From the NCBI RefSeq assembly GCF_001447785.1, contig NW_015175988.1:328833-392832 (forward strand): a DNA stretch of 64,000 nucleotides, written 5' to 3'. Below, piece after piece: positions 13,094 through 26,346 of the stretch. The notes under the pieces are model-generated. The model worked only from the letters and a program-made list of their open reading frames with translations, was not told the DNA's origin and searched no databases. The position numbers and the translations under genes are program-made. The stretch is from Gekko japonicus (lineage: Eukaryota). How positions within the stretch are numbered: position 1 is the stretch's first letter; each line of letters opens with the position of its first letter.

Positions 13094-13300
13094 CGGTGTT
13101 CCCTCTAAGCTGAGTTAGTATGAGCTAGCTCACAGTTTTTTAGCCTCCGGGTCACACATTTTTGGTCTTAGCTCAGGAAGGATGCCTCCAGAGCAAACTA
13201 ATTTATGCAGTAGCCAAGTTGCTCACTCACGGCTTTAAAGCCAGTAGCTCACAAAGTAGAATTTTTGCTCACAAGACTCCACAGCTTAGAGGGAGCATTG
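13094..13300 (+). mobile_element. hAT-like MITE next to a minus-strand CR1 3' tail (13052-13090)
   Basis: TIRs cggtgttccctctaagctg / cagcttagagggagcattg; upstream catagaatcatagaatcacagag is the CR1 (ATTCTRTG)n tail reversed. Confidence 0.7.
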
Positions 13301-14100
13301 GTTGCAGCCACTGCGTTTGCTTTGGTGTCAGACAATTTAGCATATATACTTTAATTATTATATAAGCAGCAACAAGTAACAGCAAATGTATGTGGATAGT
13401 TGTATAATGTGACAAGAATGTCCCAGCAGGAGTATTACTGGAAGAACTGAAAACATTCTATAACGTGTCTATCCCTAATTATTGGGAACAGGAGATCAAA
13501 GAAGGAACTTATCAGAGCTGGAGACAGTTTGTTTCCATCTTGGAACAAAAGACAAAAGGCACAGTGTCTTGTCTTTTCCTTTGAGGTTCCTTTGTCTGTT
13601 CCATTCTACTTGGCTTCCTGATTGGCTGCTGGGTCTTGATGGTAGATCAGCTGAATACAGTAAAATGATCAATTTGAGAAGCATGTGATGCAACAGGAAC
13701 AATGGAAATTGTAATGTGTTTTTAAAGAGCAATGTGTGTTCATAAATAACCTGAGAATTTTTTCCTTACTAACCCCCTGTGGTTCAATTAACAAGACCTA
13801 ATCCAGGAAAAGCTGTGTGCCTGTATACAGACACACATTTTTTCCAGTGGTCAGTAATGTGACTCACCTTTCTCCTAAAAAAGAAGCATTGTCGGATTTC
13901 AGAACTACTTATAGCTATAATGGGAACATCTAGAGGGCTTATATCTTTAGAACATTGCTAGAAAAACAGGAAGAAACACTTTCAACACCAGAACCTAAAA
14001 ATATTACTTAGAAGTAATATTGCTTTTGGAGGAGATTGTCTTCTTCATTATTATCTTGATATAGAATTGGTCTACCTTTGCATCAAAAAGAAGAACAGCT

Positions 14101-14232
14101 TTGCCCTGACCTGGATAGCCCAGGCAAGCCAGATCTCATCGGAAGCTAAGCAGGGCATACCCTGGCAAGTATTTGGATGGGAAACCACCAAATAATACCA
14201 GGGACAGGAGGCAGAGGCAAGCTATCAAGCCA
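14101..14232 (+). mobile_element. 5S-derived SINE interrupted by a copied 146-bp segment
   Basis: cggaagctaagcagggc...gtatttggatggga; similarity breaks at ~14232 and a CA-repeat tail resumes after 14380. Confidence 0.65.
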
Positions 14233-15594
14233 CTATACACTGGGAGAAACTGATTTCTTATTCTCAAGGCAGCTTTAACTATGCTGGAAGCAAGATCAGA
14301 GTCATAAGCAGCTACAGCCTGTGCCATAATAAACCTGTTATTCCTTAAGGTGCTACAGGGACCTTTTGATGTTACAGACTGGCATGGGCACACACACACA
14401 CACACAACAAACACACACACACGAAATGGAAAAATACCCAAAAAAGAGAGGATAAGCTGAAGTGGTAGAGTATTAGGAGTATGCAAAAAGCCCAGCAACC
14501 CAGTATGGTACTTGGATTCAGTAAAAAGTCAGGAAACCCACAATTCTTTTGCTCCGTTGTACCCTATTTGCTCCATTAAACAACTCCAAGTGGCAAGTTC
14601 ACCCAGAAGGTGTTTAAAGGGACTGTGAGCCCTTTAAACATCTTCAGAGTTCATTTTTCATGAAGTTGAAAATCCCAAATATTTTCAGGATTCTCAGGAC
14701 TTAGCCACTTTGGATAGCTGAAATTAAGCCCCAATCAACAACCGGCTTAAAAAATACCTGAAAAATACTGGTGAGAGCTGCGAGCCCTTTAAACTCCTTC
14801 CGGATGAACTCACCATGGAGTCACGTGGCTTGGAGAAGGCATTTAAAGGGACTGCCTTTTTTCCTCCATTGAAAGCAATGGAGGATGGGGGCACCTTCTT
14901 TCGGCTATCCGGTGGTCCTGAAAATCCCAAATATTTTCAGGATTTTCAGGGCTTGGCCATTTTGGATAGCCAAAATGCAGCCCCATTCAGTAACTGGCTT
15001 AAGAAATACCTGGAAAATACTGGTAAGCTATTTTTTGGGTATTTTTGGCTTGGTTTATGCTGAATGCACACCCCTACTGTAGAAGTAACTTTGTTTTATT
15101 TATTTATCTGCAGCATTTGTATGCTTTCCCCACCCCCCAGAAGGGACCTAAAGCACCTCCCAGAAAAATGCTGAGTACAATTTCCTAAATGATGATGAAA
15201 ACTAGAACAAAAACAATGGCTCATCCTGATTTAGGAGGCTGCCTAATGCAGCCCACAGTCCGCAAACCAAGAGACGTTTGATTAATGCCTCTGTTCCCCC
15301 TCCCCCAGACTTTTGGAACCTACAGAATGAACTTAGCTCAAATGGACTTAGCTTCCTCTATCTAATTGCCAGCAAGTCAGCACGATCTTCCTTACTCTCC
15401 CCTTCCCCCACCACTTATTCTGGACAACTAGGTGTCTGAGTGGTAGTTGCAGGTATAGTTGGCCTTCATGCAGCTCCCTCACCAGGTTAGAAGTAATTCA
15501 GCATGAGCTTTATCCTCCTCTTACATGCCCAGGATTGCAATGCCAGGAGGCCATTCTACAGTCATGAATCCTTGTGTTTGTGTGTGTGTGCGTG

Positions 15595-15770
15595 CAAGTA
15601 TAGTGCCGTCAAGTCACAGCCAACTTATGATGACTCTATAGGGTTTTCAAGGCAAATGAGAAGCAGAGATGGTTTGCCATTGCCTTACTCTGCAAAGCCT
15701 TCGTTGGTGGTCTCCCATCCAAGTACCAACCCTGCTTAGCTTCCAAGATATGGTGAGATTGAACTATACT
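15595..15770 (-). mobile_element. 5S-derived SINE
   Basis: Reverse complement tctcccatccaagtacc...cctgcttagcttccaagat; further copies at 25170-25340 (-), 37395-37560 (-), 43075-43270 (+). Confidence 0.7.
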
Positions 15771-16381
15771 GTACCATTCCACATAAATCCCTAAAAATGT
15801 TTTTTAAAACTGTATTAGGTTGTTTATTAACACTTTCATCAGAATGATCATCTATAAAGGCTGGTGTTGTCAGTTCTGGCAGTAGCTCTCCAGTTGAATT
15901 ATTTCACTACTGATCCTTTTAACTAAAGATACTGAAGACTGAACCTAGGACCTTCTGAATACAAAGCCCTGCCTCATACACTTTTGTGCATCCTGCAAAC
16001 TGTTATTACGGTCTTATGAGTCCTAGTTTTTGATTGAAAACTGTTCTTCGTGGGGATGCTTGAACACCCGCTGGTTCAGCTCACATTCTGCTCGCTGGTC
16101 ACAAGCAGGGAGCTGGTTTTTTGGCAAGCTGTTCAGTTGCTCATGAGCAGTTGTTTGTCAGGTTGCTTTTCACAAATCAAAACACTACAGTACAATGCAG
16201 TTGGTGGTCTTCTGAACATGGGTCTCAATGCAAAACAAGTTGTTTACCAAGTTTGTCATTCATATACAACAGAAGCCAATGCTTTGTAAAGTATAGAAAA
16301 GAATCCATACCAGAGGTTGTGTTAGTCTTTTAGGGGACTGTCAAATTCAGTGTATGCATTCCGCTTTGAGGTTGACTGAGG

Positions 16382-16649
16382 TTATGGGCGTTTGAATAGG
16401 TGAAGCCTATTTCGGTACTCCACAGACCAAATAAACAGGCCACTGTGCAGGCTTTCTTTGAGACAAGTCACTGATTCAATGCCAGGGGTTATTAGAAATT
16501 CATTTTCTGAGCTGACATGGTGACTTGCCGTGCAGGGATAAAGGCCATTATGAAAAAGCTTACTGTTCTCGAGATGTGTACTTTGATTCCTGGCAGTATT
16601 GAGCAGAAATGAAGTAACAACAATGAATGGTGAAAGGATAAGGCCTTCC
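16382..16649 (-). CDS. Weak candidate terminal coding exon, unidentified (EGLILSPFIVVTSFLLN...WSVEYRNRLHLFKRP*)
   Basis: Acceptor tttttccctag, then an 88-codon open frame to TAA in non-repetitive DNA; phase-compatible with 31109-31221. No protein family recognised; could be chance. Confidence 0.22.
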
Positions 16650-17218
16650 CTAGGGAAAAATACACTGGGAGAAGCTGATTTCTTATTCTCAACGCAGCTT
16701 TAACTATGCTGCAAGCAAGATCAGAGTCATAAGCAGCTACATAAGCCTGTGCCATAATAAACCTGTTATTCCTTAAGGTGCTACAGGGACCTTTTGATGT
16801 TACAGACTTAAGATGGCTGCCCCTCTGAAATCTGTTGAAGAAACAGACTTCCTTGAGAGATATGACCCATACACACTGTAACTAATGACATGGTTACTAA
16901 TTTTCATTTTTTAAGACTAGTAGAACAGTAGCATTTTGTTTTTAATTGGTGAGGACAAGCTTTAATCAATTCAGGGCATGTGGGGATTTATTTTGATGTT
17001 ATTGTAATAATAAGATGTTATTGTAATAATAAGAGAGCGAGAAGAAAAAGCTAAAGGCAACCATTCCTTTTAACAGTAAGAGGTAGGCTTTTGTTTATTA
17101 TGCTGTTTGGCATATCTATCAATACTGCAAACATGCACCGACATCAGTATGCAGATTTCAATGTGATCGGTTAACATTCTTCCCAGTCCTGTTACCCAAG
17201 GTCCTTCAACAATTCTGT

Positions 17219-17817
17219 GGCCGAGTTCAGACTGGCAGTTTGGCCCAATATAGGCACGTTTCAGAAATGTTTCAGAAACGGATTAAAGAGCCGGTTCACA
17301 CAGGCACAGCTGTCCGGCGTTCCCCAGCCATACTCAACTCGTCTCATAACACTTCCCTCCCGAGTTTAAAAGATACCAGGTGAAAGTGGTATCAAACCTT
17401 ATTAATATTTGTAAAAATTGAAGTGATTTTAACTTACCTTGATAGATGTTTGAAAATATTAAAACTTCAATAAAAATGTTTTAAAAAAAGAAAGTGGTAT
17501 CAAACCCTGGAAAGCGCGATTATCCTGTGTCCATCCCGTACCAACAAAGTGTGAACGCCAAAAGCCGCATTTTTCTTGTGTGCATAAGCGCTTATGCGCA
17601 TATGCGCATATCTCCAGATTACCAAAAAGAAAGCCACGCCTTACAGCTGTGCCTCTGCCAGGGGCGGGCCAACAGTGTGAACACTCCTTTGCGCCTCCTC
17701 CCCGGTATGTTCCCGTATCAGTCGGTGCAGTTTGACCGGGAAAACCCAGAACAGTTTGTTCCAGGTCTTTTTTGCCGCGACTCCCTCCCGCTTCAAACTG
17801 CCAGTCTGAACTCAGCC
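17219..17817. mobile_element. PIF/Harbinger-like MITE
   Basis: 23-bp TIRs ggccgagttcagactggcagttt / aaactgccagtctgaactcagcc; 3-bp TSD TGT. Confidence 0.85.
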
Positions 17818-17949
17818 TGTGTGTCTCTGAACAAGCTACAGGAAGCTGCCTGGGCCAGTGCCTGGATTGGGTTGAGGGATAACAGATGAATGTTTCATCC
17901 AGGCAAGACGACGGTGATGCTGATTGGTAAGGCAAAGGTTTCGGAGGGG

Positions 17950-18920
17950 TGGTTCTGAAGCTGCCATTCAGTGAAGAGTTTTGCAATTGTACTAGATTCG
18001 CCATTATTGTTGGAAGATCCGATTAATGCAGCTGCAAGAAATGCACTTGTTCAACTGTATTTAGTCCAGGAAGTGGGCCCTTCTCTCAATGCTGCCATGC
18101 CGACCCATGCTTCCATAAATTCAGGATGGGACTATAGCAGAGTACTCTACATAAGAGGGGCCACAGTGGCTCAGAGATTAAGAAGCTGAGCTGCAGACTG
18201 GAAGTTCTGTAGTTTGGCAGCTTGAGACCCTAGTACTGCATGACGGAGTGAGCTCCCGTCTCTGGTCCCAGCTCCTGCCAACCTAGCAGTTCGAAAGCAA
18301 GAAATTGCAAGTAGATAAATAGATGCCACTTAGGTGGGAAGGTAACAACATTCCATGCACCTCAGCGTTTAGTCATGCTGGCCATATGACCACAGAGAAG
18401 TCTTCAGACAGCGCTAGCTCTTCGGCTTGGAAACGGAGATGAGCACCGCTCCTTAGAGTCTGATTCAACTGGCTTTCGAACAAGGGAAAGCTTTTTACTC
18501 TACATAAGGCTGCCCTTGAAGAGGATCTGAAAGTTGGCAGCTGCTCGTTTATTAACCAGAGCTTGCGTGTTCAAAGATATCTCCCCAGTTATTTGTTATC
18601 TACACTGACTTCCTGTTTGTTTCTAGGTCAGATTTAAGGGGCTGGTTCTTACATGTAAAGCCTATATGACTTGGGACTCCACCTACTTGAAGGACCACCT
18701 CTGTCAGTATGAGCAAATTTAGATCCACACGGGACTTTCTCATGAGGGTCCCATTGCCGAAGTCCATTAAATCCGCCACAGCTTGAGGGTGTGTTTCTTC
18801 TTTGCTATGGCACCCGTTCTTTGGAACAGGGTCCCAGAGTTGGTGAGAGGGATCCCCACTTTGGTCCAGCTTGAAGGCGCTATAAATCCATTCTGTTTAA
18901 GGTGGCTTTTGAGGGCAGTT
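17950..18920 (+). mobile_element. Old L2 LINE 3' fragment, interrupted by a Sauria SINE
   Basis: Degenerate L2 ORF2-like motifs (ctctacataaggctgcccttgaag; ggtcagatttaagg...cttacatgtaaagcccta) on both sides of the SINE. Confidence 0.55.
18156..18495 (+). mobile_element. Sauria SINE
   Basis: Diagnostic core gagctcccg...cagctcctgccaacctagcagttcgaaagc...gagatgagcacc; 13-bp TSD TACTCTACATAAG. Confidence 0.9.
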
Positions 18921-20055
18921 GAACAAAGTCTGGGCAACTGAGTGCATGTGGCAGATACGTCTGATGGTGATTTTCTGGCTTCATGGTTTTTCGTTCCCTC
19001 TTTTTTGGTTTGTGTGTGTCTGGTGTAGGTCACACGTGCATTTGTGAGTTGGCTTGATGGGAGGGAGGCGGGGTAAAATAACGAAATAAACAAGAAACGT
19101 CACAGATTGAGTCTAAGAACTTTGGCATGCAAGGAACGATCGAGCGGGGCTCCCTTGAAAGAAAGATTATGAATAATCCATATTTCTTCATAGTTTCATT
19201 CCGTGGTGCCTTCACATATTCTAGATTCACATTAGGCGTTAGTCATGTGAGACATCCATATACTCTTAATTTTTTTTTATGCCCCTCCCAGTAGATATGC
19301 AGTTTTCACTGCCTACTTAGTATGGCTTTTGATTTGTACAACCAAGGACTGAGGGGCATGGGTTCCCTCTCATACAGCTTAAGGTAATTAAGTTTGTGAG
19401 GTCAATATGGCATGCATGACGGATTCTAAAGAGCTACTAGTAAATCAGTTGGAAGGGTCCTGGGTACACACCTTTCAAGTCATTGTTTACACTTCCTGCC
19501 TGGAAATCAGATCTCAGTCAGTGCTGTATAATCTTGGAGAGTTTTTAATAGACCCATGGAAAACAGAAAGAAAATAAAATGATCTGTCAGCAAAGAAAAT
19601 AAGACACTTTTCCTACTCCCGGAGGGGGCTTTTCTGAGAAATATAAATCTCTATTTGCACAGGAAAGTTCTCTTCTTTCAAAAGCAGGCATTTGGTTTTA
19701 ATACAGTGACATAGGAAAGCCCTTGACATTAATCCTACTATGGGTAATTGCTTGCTTATTGACCCTACGCAAGGGTCTATACTGAGTATACTCTCACTCC
19801 TTGAAAATGTGAAAGAGAAGAATCCTAAGCAGGTCTACTGAAAATCCAACTCAGGACTATTCAGTGTGGCTTACTCCCAGGAAAGTGTTCTTCTTTAAAT
19901 TGCTCTGAAGGTTTGAGGGTTTTGTGAGTTTCATTCCACAGGATTGCTGTTGCTTTGTATTCAAAATGAGGACTTTCTGTTTTTTTCCCCATCTCAGCCT
20001 TCAATGATTGATCATATTGATTATTCATAGTATAAGTTTCCAGTTACCTCTAACC

Positions 20056-20491
20056 CAGGGGTGTCAAACATGTGGCCTGGGGGCCAGATCAGGCCCCCGG
20101 AGGGCTTCTATCAGGCCCGCAGTGAAATTAGCTGTCTTCTGCTTCTTCTTCCAGTTCTGTTGCTGTTGTGTCATTGTAGGTTTGCAGCTTACAGAAACAC
20201 ACCTGAAGAGCATACTCAAGATTGCAGCAGCACAGACATTTTGATGCAATAATTCAGAGCAAGAGGTGTCAGTTATCAGACACTGTTAAATAAACAAAAT
20301 ATTGCAAGAGTGCTAATGTTTTAAGCATGTTTTTATTTTAAGTAAAAAAAAACCACCTTTGTGTTTGTGTCCTCTATAAAGTTTATATCTCAGCTACCTG
20401 CCATTGCATTTTATGACACACATGGCCTGGCCCAACAAGGTCTCATTTTTGTCAGATCCGGCCCTCATAACAAATGCGTTCGACACCCCTG
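20056..20491 (-). mobile_element. hAT (Charlie/Buster-like) MITE
   Basis: TIRs caggggtgtcaaac / gttcgacacccctg; perfect TSD CTCTAACC; inverted homolog of 5542-6082. Confidence 0.9.
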
Positions 20492-20987
20492 CTCTAACCT
20501 ATATCCAGATTTCTTCTGTCTGAGAAACTTTAACATAGCATAACAGCTAAGTTTATGTAACATAGTATATATGTAAGTATGCTGTGGCATGAGATTTGGG
20601 ATCCAACCAAACAGGAGCCTGTCCTACAGTGTAATACAGGACAGTAGGTAGGAAGGGAGGCACATGATCCAGCAATCTTTCTGAAGCTGATCAGGCCTAG
20701 GTGTCGTTAGTTTCTTGGTGGGATCTCCTAGAAATACCACATATGCTGTTTTAAATTCAGTGACAGAGGAAAGTCAGTATATAAATGTAAAAAATAAAAA
20801 ATAGTCTTTAGAGTTTCCCACTTTGGAATATATGCCTATTAAGTTCTAGATCCTGGAATTCTTTAAGACTTCCTGCAGTTCAGAGCATTCAGTCCCTCAT
20901 ATGTGCTCTGTAAGTTCTTTCCTCAAGGTATGTGGTGCTTCTTAAACCCTGTCTGCATACTGTGGGCATTTATTTGTTTTTATTTTA

Positions 20988-21298
20988 TTACACTTATAAT
21001 CTTCAGGAAGCTCCAAGTAGCTTACCTGGGCTTCTCAGGCACGCTCCCTTCCAAATACCGTCTAGGATGAGGTCTGTTTAAGTGTAACAAAGTGATGTAG
21101 CCATTAAAAGACTAGGCCTCAGAAGACCCAGGATCTCTTATGTTCTTATGTTCTTACACATATCATCTTCAGGAAGCTCCAGGTAGCTTACCTGGACTTC
21201 TCAGGCACTCTCCCTTCCAAATACCGTCTAGGCTGAGGTCTGTTTAAGTGTGACAAAGTGATGTAGCCGTTAAAAGACTAGGCCTCAGAAGACCCAGG
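20988..21298. repeat. 145-bp direct repeat flanking a 21-bp CR1 3' tail
   Basis: Copies at 20988-21132 and 21154-21298; spacer atctcttatgttcttatgttc. Confidence 0.9.
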
Positions 21299-21803
21299 TT
21301 CAAATCCCTTCCCATTCTGCGATAGAAGTTTGCTGAGTGACGTTGGGCCAGTGACACATGCTCAGCCTAACCTATCTCACAGCATTGTTTTGAGGATAAA
21401 ATGAAGGAGATGAGAATGATGTAATCTGCTCTGGGTCCCCATGAGGGTATAAATGAAGTAAGTAAATAAGTAAGCCTTGGGGCAATCACTGTGTCTCATT
21501 GTAACATGTCTCACAAGGGTGCTGTGAAGGTAAGATGGGTGAAAAGAGAACTATGCAAATTTGCCCTGAGGTTTTAGGGATAGTGCCAGGGGAGAGCAGG
21601 GACAGTATGATGTCATTTCTGGGTGATGCTCTAGGAATTTCGCCATAGGAAAATAGAGCATCACTATGGAGACTATTTTCTGGGAATGTTTTCTCCCACT
21701 CTTCAATTCCTTGAGGGCAGGGGGCTAGGACCAAGGGCGGGGCTTTACCTGCTGCAGTTGGGCAAATGGCAGCCCAGGGAAAGANNNNNNNNNNNNNNNN
21801 NNN

Positions 21804-22310
21804 ATTTATTTTATTTATTAGTTATTTATTTAAATTTATAACCCGCCCTCCCCACGAACGGGCTCAGGGCAGCGTACAGATGGGGCCAATGCCCAATACA
21901 TAAAACATTAAAACTGCATTTTAAAAACATTCAATACAGCATAAGTGCTCTCCACAATATCTAACAAGGGAACAGATGACGTCATCAGGACGGTATCCTT
22001 AGTGGCCACAGCTCCACGCAGTACCACCATTTTAGCGCTCACAGCGAGTTGGTAATAAAGGGCTAGGACAGAGAGTAATAGTCGTAGACAGATGGTAACA
22101 GTCGTTGCGGCTCCTACTCAAATGCCTGGCGGAAGAGCTCCGTCTTACAGGCCCTGCGGAACTGTGCAAGGTCCCGCAGGGCCCGGATCTCCTCTGGGAG
22201 CTCATTCCACCAGGTAGGAGCTGCCACTGAAAAAGCCCTAGCCCTAGTCGCTGCTAGTCTGGCCTCTTTGGGACCTGGAACCACCAGGAGATGTTTAGTC
22301 CCGTAGTGCT
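21804..22310 (-). mobile_element. L2 LINE 3' end (ORF2 C-terminus, 3' UTR and AT-rich tail)
   Basis: Translates ...ARLAATRARAFSVAAPTWWNELPEEIRALRDLAQFRRACKTELFRQAFE*, typical of an L2 ORF2 end; tail at 21804-21840. Confidence 0.85.
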
Positions 22311-22393
22311 TGTTGGGGAACATATGTTATATCATGTACCCTTAATCAGTCTTGAAACATTGTCTGTAAGGATGCCACTATGTATAGAGTTCA

Positions 22394-22597
22394 CTGGAGA
22401 AGACCCTGATGCTGGGAAAGATTGCAGGTAACAGAAGAAGGGGACGGCAAAGGATGAGGTGGTTAGACAGTGTTATTGATGCAACAAACGTGAAATTAAC
22501 CAAACTTCAGAGGACGGCGGAAGACAGGAGGGCCTGGCGTGATGTGGTCCATGAGGTCGCGAAGAGTTCGACTCCACTGCGCGACTGAACAACAACA
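22394..22597 (+). mobile_element. Bov-B (RTE) LINE, 5'-truncated
   Basis: ctggagaagaccctgatgctgggaaagattg...gaagagt...cgactgaacaacaacaa; TSD ATAGAGTTCA. Confidence 0.9.
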
Positions 22598-25500
22598 ATA
22601 GAGTTCATAACCACACTGGATATGTGCATTGTTTATGTGGAAATGGCTCATACCAGGGCAGACTCCCCACCACCACCATAGAATGTGCAATCCAAATGTA
22701 CCATGAGAACCTACTAAGTTATGGCAATAGCAGAGGTGAATCTTCACATGTTGACCGCTCTTAGCAGTCTTCTCATTAAGGTTTGAACAGATTAAATCTT
22801 TACTGCAAGGGTCCCCAGTATAGTGCCTGTGGGCATCGTGGAGCCCACCAATACTTTCCTTGGCACCCACCAAGTGTTTTTAAAAACTGCCTGGGGTAGG
22901 GTTGCCAGGTCTGAATTGGAAAATACCTGGAGACTTTGGGGGTGGATCCAGGGGAGGGCGGGGTTTGGGGAGGGGAGGGGCCTCAGCATGGTACAATGCC
23001 ATAAAGTCCACCCTCCAAAGCGGCCATTTTCCCCAGGGGAGCCGATCTCTTGCAGCTGGAGATCCATTGCAAAAGTGAGAGAGATCTCCAGGCTCTGCCT
23101 AGAGGCTGGCAACCCTAGCCTGGGGCCAGGTGGGGATCTAGCCCAGCAGTATTTCTTACTGCCCACTGGAGATCCAATTGACTGTGCAGATTAAAACAGC
23201 ACTGTTTCAGCAGCAGCTGCCACTACAGTGTTGGCTTTATTCTCTCTCACTCCTCCTTCCCAGTGTATTTTTTAAATTCCCCCTCCCCTACACTTGGACT
23301 TCCTCTATGTGTGTGGCTCCACCCCTTGCAACAGCCATTTTGTGGTTGTGCCCACCATCCTCTGTCAGAACTATGAGAGTACCCACAGCGGTCCCCTCAC
23401 TGGGGCCCCGTGACCTACTGGCTCCCGTTGGCGTGGTGACCAGTCAGGGGAAGACTTCGAGACCCAATCCTCCTTTCTGCTTTTTATACACAGCCTGTCT
23501 GCTCAATAACCTTGCTGGTTATTGGAAGCAAGAATTCATCAGTCCATTTTTAAAAGTAATACTTTACTCTTTTCTTGTATAAATGCCACTACTGCTGGGA
23601 AATGCTGAACACTAAAAACCAGCACCTAGAGGAGGCAGGGGAAAGACGTGGCAGTTACCACTGAAACTTTAAAGAGCCTGGAAGTGAAGTTGTGGGAGAC
23701 CCATCATCATCCTGTCACATGTGCTGAGAGTGGAGGGATGCCAGGCAGAAGACTGGGAAAGCACAGCCACGAAGACAGGCACGGACCCTCTCCTGCAATT
23801 TTGTTGTTAATCTCCAAACTCCACCCTAAAACACAGAAGTTTCGCGATGAATGCCTGCAGGTTAAAACCAAAGATGAACAAATAGAGATGAGACATCTGT
23901 GGAACAAGCGTTGCTACCCAGAAAGTCCCGTGTGGCCTGTTTCACACCACAGAACTGGGCAGGGGTCCATGTGCCAGGGAGGGGCCAAACAAGCAAATTT
24001 ACATGTTGCACACAAATGCCTGAAATGAAGTCCTGGTAGGATTTGTTTTTAAGTGAAAAGCTTTCTCAGNNNNNNNNNNNNNNNNNNNNNNNNNNNNNNN
24101 NNNNNNNNNNNNNNNNNNNNNNNNNNNNNNNNNNNNNNNNNNNNNNNNNNNCCAAAAAAAAAAAACCCAACCATTTTTCCTCCTGTGGATTTCTAGATAC
24201 ACATTTACAAGAATGGGCATGCAGCTGAAACCCGGGGGGGGGGGACAGCTTGAGGGGTAGAATTTGAGTGGAAGATTCTTCCAGTGGGGACGGGCAGCCG
24301 CCTCCCTCTGCTCTTCTTCTGGAAATGGCATCCTGTATGTAACCAATAGTTTGCCCCTCAAAGGGCCTCTCCAGCTGATCTTAAGCGGGGTGGTGAGAGG
24401 AACTCCTTTGATATGTCTTCTTGCAGATTGGACATAAATACGGCAAGAATTTGGGGGGGACGTAGACATGTCTGTCTCGCTCATCTGTGTGTAAACATTT
24501 TCTTTTATGATTTTTTGTCATTGACAGTGGCTTGCAAGAACAGGAACAGCTGTTCTACACTTTCGGGCTGCCAAGGGGGGGATAAGTGCCAAAAATGGCT
24601 CTTTCTACTCCATGCGGTATCATGTTGCCCTGCTCCTCTCATGTACTCATAACAGGATGCTGCTGCTTTGTAAACCTCACAGCTGGGAGGCGGAGGACTT
24701 GCCTCGGGATTGTCATGTTGGTGGCACTGGATCATGCAGATGAGCTCTGGGTTGAATGAAGAAAAAAAAAAGGTAAAGAGAGAAGCCGAAACCGAGAACA
24801 AAATCCGACCAATTTTATATCTTCAATTTATATATCTTCGATTTGTATACCGCCCTTTACCCGAGAGTCTCTGGGCGGTTTACAGGTATATGGCCTAAGT
24901 GCCTAATTAGTTCCTATCCTAGGGCCACTAGTCGACTGGGGGAGGGGCTACCCAGTCCTGTTGTATTCCACGGGCGGGCTTCCGTTGTTTCTTCCTGGCG
25001 CCTTAGGACGGGTCGACGACATCTCCCGGCAGGCTCCTGATGGACTCCTCTGGTGCGCGGCGGCTCCCAATTGCAGTTCCAGCCTTTGTCCCTTAGGCTC
25101 CACCACACTGCATCGTCACGCCGTCGCGCCGCCGTAGCTCCGCCTCCATCCGGTCTTTCTTTTAGTGCCTTTTAGTGGTGGTGGTGGAAAGTGCCATCGA
25201 GTCACAGATGACTTATGGTGACCCCGTAGGGTTTTCAAGGCAAGAGATGTTGAGAGGTGGTTTCCCATTACCTGCCTCCGTGCCAAAACCCTGGCATTCT
25301 TTGGAGGTCTCCCATCCAAATACTAGCCAGGACTGAACCCTGTTTACCAAATGTACCTTGAACAAGAGCCAGATGGAAAAGCTTGAATTGTATCTACATT
25401 TTTAAAGTGTTTTTTTAAAAATTGGCATGAAGCAATATATTACAAACAAGAGTTTCCTCAGTGTTTTAATCATAACTCCTACCTGTAGCGGCCACAGCTG

Positions 25501-26346
25501 CAGTATAGATAAATCTTGATTTGAACCTCCTACCTACCTGGGGTCACCAGCTTACCACTGGGATCGGGGGATATCTGACCCCAGCTCCCGTTGCCTTCCA
25601 CCACTCAGCTAAACTGGGAAGAATGCTCCAGCAAAATGGGAGGGCATGATTGACACCCCTATGCGATGACATCACTTCTGGTGTGATTGGAAGTGATGTC
25701 ATCATGCTGGGTAACACTCTAGAGTTAAGTCATAGAGTTGAGGGTGATGCTAGAGCATCACCCCTGGAATGATGAGGTCACTTCTGGGTAATGCCAGAAG
25801 TGATATCATTGCGCCAAGGATGCTGATCTCCCCCCGCCCCCATAATCCATAAATCCCCATCTCCCACATCTCCTACTGCAATCTGGAGTTTACTTGTAAA
25901 ATGATATGACTGGAATAGATATACCATGCAAAATGGGGGGGGAAGTTACAAGACAGGTTGGCATAGGAGCCGATTAGGAGCCGCCACTGACAAATGAACC
26001 ATCGTAGATTGAGCAAAAGAACCATCGTAAATTGAGCAGGCCACGGCCCTATATTACTACTCTGGACATGGCCTTTCCTTATCGGACCATGTATAGTTAT
26101 CTGTATATCACTGCCATCTGTATATATTAGCACCTTACGTAATTGTCTTTTAATTGTGAATTTTTATTGTATTTATTGGTTCTGTTGCCTTTTAACTGTG
26201 TAAGCTGCCTTGAGCCAGTGCTGCACTGGCAAGGTGGGATATAAATTGAAATAAATAAATAAATAGTAAGCTTACAGTACATTTTATTCATTCTTTTTTG
26301 GCAAGCCATAGGCTGTAGTGCATATTCTGAGTATCTATGCTATTTC

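Noticed and set aside
24505-24801. Exon-like segment with a strong minus-strand acceptor at ~24748
   Set aside because: No convincing donor, phase partner or recognisable protein; the + strand reading is closed in all frames.
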